Source of the DNA: Paraspadella gotoi
Lineage: Eukaryota; Animalia; Chaetognatha
Length of the DNA stretch: 64,000 nucleotides
NCBI GenBank assembly: GCA_051294375.1
Contig: CM119263.1
Coordinates: forward strand, 15,292,532 to 15,356,531
Direction of reading: 5' to 3'
Positions 57,701 to 64,000 of the stretch are shown piece after piece. Each line of letters opens with the position of its first letter. Position 1 is the first letter of the stretch. Made by a program: the position numbers and the translations under genes. The notes beneath the pieces were generated by a model, which was not told the origin of the DNA, did not search any database, and worked only from the letters and a program-made list of their open reading frames with translations.

Positions 57701-60279
57701 AAAATAAAAAAAGAGAGGGTCGGAAAGGAAAAGAAGAAAAAAAAAGTGGCGAGATAAAAATGAAAGGAGTCCAAATAGAAAAATGGATAAAAAGAGTCGT
57801 GAGAAAAAATGGGGGAAATAAAAACGGAAAATAAAAAAAGAGAGGGTCGGAAAGGAAAAGAAGAAAAAAAAATGGCGAGATAAAATGAAAGGAGTCCAAA
57901 TGAAAAATGGAAAAAAAGAAGTCGGTGAGAAAGAGGGGGAAATAAAAAAAACGGAAAATAAAAAAGAGAGGGTCGGAAAGGAAAAGAAGAAAAAAAATGG
58001 CGAGATAAAATGAAAGGAGTCCAATAGAAAAAATGGGAAAAAAAGAGTCGGTGAGAAAAAGGGGGAATAAAAACGGAAAATAAAAAAAGAGAGGGTCGGA
58101 AAGGAAAAGAAGAAAAAAAATGGCGAGATAAAAATGAAAGGAGTCCAAATAGAAAAATGGAAAAAGAGTCGGTGAAGAAAAAAGGGGGAAATAAAAAACG
58201 GAAAATAAAAAAAGAGAGGGTCGGAAAGGAAAAGAAGAAAAAAAAATGGGCGAGATAAAATGAAAGGAGTCCAAATAGAAAAATGGAAAAAAGAGTCGGT
58301 GAGAAAAAAGGGGGTAAATAAAACGGAAAATAAAAAGAGAGGGTCGGAAAGGAAAAAGAAGAAAAAAAATGGCGAGATAAAAATGAAAGGAGTCCAAATA
58401 GAAAAAATGGATGAAAAAGAGTCCGGTGAAAAAAAAGGGGGGATAAAAAAAAAACGGAAGCAGAAAAAAAAAGGGGAAAAAAATTTGGAAGAAAAACAAC
58501 GAAATCAGAAAAAAAAATGTGGCAAAATTAAAACGAGAAGAAATCCGAGGGGGAAAAAAAGTGGGAAAAATTAGGCGAAAAAAAAAATAATGAAAAGAGA
58601 AAAAGAAGGAAAATTAGAAGGGGAATCCAAATCTAAAATCTCCATGAGAATCGCGCCAGAGAAAGAGCGCGAGGGAGACAGAGTGGGGAGGAAAACCGTG
58701 GTGAATCGGGGGAGAAGAGAAAATGGAGAGAACGGAGACAAAGACAGAGGGAGAATTGTAAAAAGAAGAAGGCTGCTGTTTTTCTTCCTCCTAGTCCCTT
58801 TCCTCTTCCTCTCCCTCAGACGAAAAGAAAAAAAAAAAGGAAAAAAGAAAAAAAAGAAAAGGGAAATGCTGGAAGGATTGAATTCTTAGTCGCCGGACTC
58901 ATGATTGATGGAGAGAACACGTCTCCGGATGGAATTCAATTTGAACCGGGGGATAAGAAAATACCTCCGAAGGACGGAGGGGANNNNNNNNNNNNNNNNN
59001 NNNNNNNNNNNNNNNNNNNNNNNNNNNNNNNNNNNNNNNNNNNNNNNNNNNNNNNNNNNNNNNNNNNNNNNNNNNNNNNNNNNNNNNNNNNNNNNNNNNN
59101 NNNNNNNNNNNNNNNNNNNNNNNNNNNNNNNNNNNNNNNNNNNNNNNNNNNNNNNNNNNNNNNNNNNNNNNNNNNNNNNNNNNNNNNNNNNNNNNNNNNN
59201 NNNNNNNNNNNNNNAAGAGATTTCCCGTCTCCCATCATTATCCTCCTTCCGTCCCCTTAAGAAAGAACGGACGAAAGGGAGGGGACTGGGGATGGAGGGA
59301 AGAAGGAAGGGAAGAGAATGCGATATTGACTAAAATCGTATCAATTGAAAGAATCAAAGATGTAAGGATTCTGGAAGGGAAACGAAATGATAGATATATT
59401 CCCAAAAGAGGGGATCTCGGTTACACGGAAGAGTCAGACAAGAAAAAAAATACCGTCGGACATGATGAGCTCGTAGCACGGACAGTCGGACGCCGCCGTA
59501 CGCAATGGAAGCGGAAGTTACAGCTCGCGCGATCGACATCCGGTCTGCTCTCGGAGCGGAACGAAAACGCGCCGTGGCTTTTAAATTCGCTCCCCAATTC
59601 TGAAGAGAGAGGAACGAGTAGAGAGAGAGCAGAGGAGCAGAGATGAGCGGCAGAGGAGAGAAGAGAGAGAGAGAGAGAAGAGCGTGAAAGAATAGGATCG
59701 TTTCAAAAACGACTTTAATGGAATTGTTTTCCCCTCGAATTTTCGGGTAAAAACGTCATTCCCGATTTAATGTGGGGTCCATTTCCCCCCTAAGGGAATT
59801 TAAAGGGAGGCGGGAGAGGGAGGGGGGAGGGGCCGTTCAATTCACCCCCCACTTTTTACCTTCTTTAGAAAAGGCGGCTCTCATTTAATTGAAAAAAAAA
59901 CTGTTTTGGATAAAGTCATTTATAGATGGGGCCTAATTAAAAGGGTAGAGAAGTAATGGCATCGGCCGAGGAAGACTGGAAGAGAATAACGCTGGGAAGG
60001 AATGCGAGTAGTTTGAATTTATTACCAATATAATAATATTGAGAGAAATAGGAACTGACACAGCAATTAAGAAAACATATAATTTCATATAATTTCAAAT
60101 TGAGAATTTTCCGAACAGACTGTGTATGTATTTCCATAGCGCCACGTTCCGCATTTATACGTTTCACTATTTCTTTTTTAAGTTTTAGTTCCTCTTATCA
60201 TTTCTTTCAACTCTTTTTCTCATCTGACCTTACCTTCCATAACTGTATCTTCACATCAATCTTCGAAGTTGTTGGCGTG

Positions 60280-60322
<43 letters not shown>

Positions 60323-62899
60323 CTCTTCTTTTACATAAATTTACCTGAGTACGCTTCTGTATACAATACTGTTTTTTGCATTAATTTTGTTAACTGTCCA
60401 CATTTTTTGAGCATTACAAATCCAATCAAAATCAATGTTTTCTCATCTGACCTTACCTTCCATAACTGTATCTTCACATCAAATCTTCGAAGTTGTGGCG
60501 TGAGCGTCTCTCTCTCCTCTCTCTCTCTCTCTCGTCCCTCTCTCTCTTCTCCTCTCTCTCTCCTCTCTTTCTCTCTCTGTGTTTTTACATAAATTTATGT
60601 ACCGCTCTGAAAAATATTTTTTGTTAATTGTTAACTGTCACATTTTTTTTAGCATTACAATCAAATCAAAATCAAATCTCATCTCTCTCACTCTCTCTCC
60701 TATCCCTCTTACTCGATGTAATCATCTCTCAGTCTCCTCTCTCTCTCCGCCCACCCTATTTCTTCTTCGAGCCCATTTCTCTCCTTCTTCCGAATCTGTC
60801 CAAATATTTTTCTTTCCTTTCTTGAGTTGTAACTTCAAGGCCGAGAAGGGCGAGCAAAACAAACTCTTTGAAAGCGAAAAAAAAAGTAACGAATATTTCA
60901 AAAAGATAAAAAAATGAAAAGAAAATCGAAAACTGTCAGTCGTTGTCACTCTGCGTAATATATCCGCCAAGATGACCGCGCGAAAGGGAGACGAAAAAAA
61001 AAAAAAAATTCTCTCGCACGAGGGAAATCATCGCTGCATCCAAAGTTTTCTTTCGTTCCATCAAAAAAAAAAAAAAAAAATTCATTCATTCTTTCTCCCA
61101 CTTTTTTTTTTATCTTCTTCTCTCCCTAACGTTTTTCCGTTGGCTGAAAAATGAAGTATGGAAGAGACAAAGGGAAGTCTGCGGGGCCGAAGAGCTGGGG
61201 AGAATCAAGAAAAATGGGGCGAAGAAGAGACTAAGACGTCTAATGAATTGAGATGAGACGGGGAAGCCAAATGAATCCATCACTTGCGAGGGGGCGTCTT
61301 ATTCCGTTAACCTTCGTTGCGACGTCGATCTTCCCACTTTTCGTTTTTAACTCATTGAACCGAAGAGTTTACATAACGAGCCATGCGCAATGAATTTCGA
61401 TATTTAAGTATTGATAATCCGTGATTAAGTTGACCTTTTTTACCAAGATTTTCCCAACAGTCAACCTTGCCTTCTTGCAGTCTTTTTTGGTCAACATTCC
61501 CAGTAATGTTCGTTTGTCTTAGGCAAATTGTTGATTATTTTATGTAAGATAATTTTATTTTATATTCACTCGAGAAAATGGGTAATTCCTCATGCGGCTT
61601 ATTCCATTAACAGTGGCGGCAACGTAATTTAGATCAATCATTTTCTAAAATTATCAAGTTTTTTTTTGCAGAATTCGCCTGAATGATGCCATTGATGCAT
61701 GAACATGCCAAATTTGCACGATGCGCTCCAAAACTGATTTCACAGCAGCGACAAAGGCCGCGTTGGAGTCTATAACTTCCAGATGCGCTCCCCCTTTCAA
61801 TACCAATTCTCACTGTTTCCTCGGGGCGCGTATGCTACAAACGGTTTTGAGGGCTATAAATGGTTGAGACCGGATTTTTACGGCCTTCGCGATATGGAAG
61901 AGGATATCGACTGCTCTTCTTTTCTTTTTTTTTTTATTCCGTCGCTTTGTTCTTTGCGCGGGGCTTCAAAGCAGATCGGAAAGAATGGTAAACATGGAAG
62001 AAAAAAGGGGAATAAATCCAACTAAAAAAAAAAACGAATAAAAACTAAAAACGCGGAGATAAAGAGCAAAGAAAGTAAAGAAACAACAGAGGGGAAAACA
62101 ACCGAGACAAATAGGGAGAAAACGGAGGAACGACTGAGAAATTTCGAAATGCGCGCGCGACCTCGGCATGTGCGCGTGGGGTCGTATGCGTGTAAGCTTT
62201 CGGTCCTCTGAGTGCGAAACTCCATTAGAGTTTACTTGCGGGATGCGGAGAATACTTTTGCCTTCTTGTGTGTGTGTGTGTGTGTTTTTTTTTTGTTGAA
62301 AATAAAAATAAGGAAGTAAAATATCCGTAAATTCACTCAATTGTGAAAACAATATTGTTTAAATTCAACTAAAAAATTATCCCTCAAAATCTCATTCCTT
62401 TACGCTGCTCACAAGAAGTGAAATTCTCATACACATAGTATCATCTTCACAACAAATAGTTGAAATTGGCGAAATTCAGTTTTTTGTTTCGAGTACACTG
62501 GTTTTTTATGCTTAAGGAGGTCCGGTTTGTTTTTAACTTTCTGCCAATCAACATTCAGCAAATCCGGTCTCTTTCATATCGCGTGTCAACAACTCCTTTC
62601 CTACTTTTATTAACACCAAAACTCGAATCCTATCTCTCGCCTCATCCTAGGTAAACTTCTGTTCTCCAGGTAAGTTTTACTTACCGAAACCTGTTAAACT
62701 CCGCCTCGTTAAGAAATTCAAAGTAACGATGCCACATACTGATTCAGTTACTTTTTTCAACCCTGTAAAGTTGTCCTTGTCATCGACGATATCTGGCGGG
62801 AGAAAAGTTTTTTTTCGCAGAAAGGTTATCGTTGTTGTCATACCGTTGCACTTTTTAGCGAAACAGCGCTTTTCGTGGAATTCTAACTTTGGATGGAAA
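54725..62899 (-). CDS. Candidate further 5' exons of the RhoGAP gene (62899-62685, 59599-59454, 54844-54725)
   Basis: Each has a pyrimidine-rich AG acceptor and a GT donor and is stop-free, and the phases chain (1, 0, 0) into exon 52718. No recognisable homology. Confidence 0.25.
55845..58445. repeat. Tandem satellite, ~120-bp purine-rich unit, roughly 21 copies
   Basis: Recurring GAGTCGGTGAGAAAAAGGGGAAATAAAAACGGAAAATAAAAAAAGAGAGGGTCGGAAAGGAAAAGAAG...ATGGCGAGATAAAAATGAAAGGAGTCCAAATAG. Units vary mainly in homopolymer length. Confidence 0.95.
60219..60672. repeat. Two-copy tandem duplication of ~220 bp
   Basis: CTCATCTGACCTTACCTTCCATAACTGTATCTTCACATC...AGCATTACAA occurs at ~60219 and ~60442. 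Confidence 0.85.
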
Positions 62900-63956
62900 C
62901 TAAATAAAAAGACATCAACATCAATGTCGAAACTAGCTCGGCCCGGCCCGGTTCTTAATGCAATCGAACCTGGAATCTCTCTGCGACGGCACAATTCCCG
63001 AGCTGTTAGAGCCACGTCGGCTCCGGAGGTTTAGTTACGGCCGCGGCAGCGACGGCGGCGGCTGCGGCGTGTTAGGCAGAAGCAGAGTTCAGAACCGGGT
63101 GAAATGTTGAGCGAGTTTTTGAATAATTGTGTCGCTCTCTCTTTCTCGACTTTTATTATCGCTTTAATTTTTATCAACGGTTGACGTTTAGAAATTTTTT
63201 CAGGTGACCTGTTACGAATGAACTCAGCGCTTATTTTCTGTCGTCAACTTTCGAAAAATCTCATCGGAAACTCCCTAACGCAAACTTTCAAATTTTCAAC
63301 GAAAAAGTTGGATGAATTTTTGGGTTTTTGCGCAAAGAGAAAAATTCGGTCGACAAGTTGAATGTTGACGAAATAAACATTAGAGTTGAAAAAAATGGAT
63401 GGACTTTGAACAACCGTGGGAAACTTTTTTTATTCCTATTGGTTGACTCAGCGGAGTTCATCCTGAGGGTAAAGGCGTTGATGCACCGTGGAAAAGAGTT
63501 GGTCGCAAATCGAGTTGCTTCAAGTTGCAGTCCAATGGCCAGACAGAGAAGTTTAAAAGTTTATAATTTTGCACTAAGTTCTAATCTCACTCGAAAAATC
63601 TTTGGCATCCTTTTACTGTAGCTCACTTCTATTCATGATGCGTGCAAAATTCCTTTTATTACATTCCTATAATATTGGAAAGACGGAGGCCAACGAGCAA
63701 GAATGACTGAAGGGATCTGCTTCTCGCCAGAGTAAAAAGAACAATAGACCGGAAGAGGGCAGAAAAAATATTGTAAAAAAAAACAAAAAAACAAAAAGAA
63801 CAACCAACCGAAAAAATAGTGGGAAAAAATAGCGACGCTTTGCCAAACGTCGGAGCAAACAGCGCTTGGATCAGAAAGGAGAAAAAAAAGGAAACAGCCG
63901 AAAGAAGACGGCAGACAAAAGAAAAATAGGCGGATAAAGAAAAGAGGATGGGGTGC

Positions 63957-64000
<44 letters not shown>

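Noticed and set aside
55710-58499. Long Phe-rich ORFs of 277-579 aa on the minus strand
   Set aside because: They are translations of the pyrimidine-rich satellite strand, which lacks stops by composition and is open in several frames.
58901-59333. ORFs spanning N runs (also 10266-10658)
   Set aside because: Artefacts of assembly gaps.

Overview
Eukaryotic (invertebrate-animal-like) draft-assembly DNA with spliceosomal GT-AG introns, N gaps and many (GA)n/(CT)n microsatellites; most ORF-track entries are microsatellite noise. Positions 1-6816 hold four tightly packed, co-oriented, small-intron genes: the 3' part of TRIP4/ASC-1, two theta-class GSTs and a CAML/GET2-like gene ending in HDEL. 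Their spacing and unpaired splice acceptors suggest an operon resolved by trans-splicing. On the minus strand, an ARHGAP39/Vilse-like RhoGAP gene runs from 7811 to at least 52718. Its arginine-finger codon is split by a 38.5-kb intron, no MyTH4 domain is visible next to the GAP domain, and phase-compatible candidate 5' exons could make it a membrane-anchored RhoGAP (speculative). The large intron contains a ~7-kb tandem duplication (one copy carrying a solo LTR) and a 10.8-kb TTAA-flanked Kolobok-like DNA transposon. Nested in that transposon are a very young 743-bp TRIM with an extended tRNA-Trp-like primer site, an older LTR-like pair and a Penelope-type hammerhead motif. A perfect 32-bp-arm palindrome and a ~120-bp purine-rich satellite are also present. 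All homology calls come from motif recognition by eye; no searches were run.
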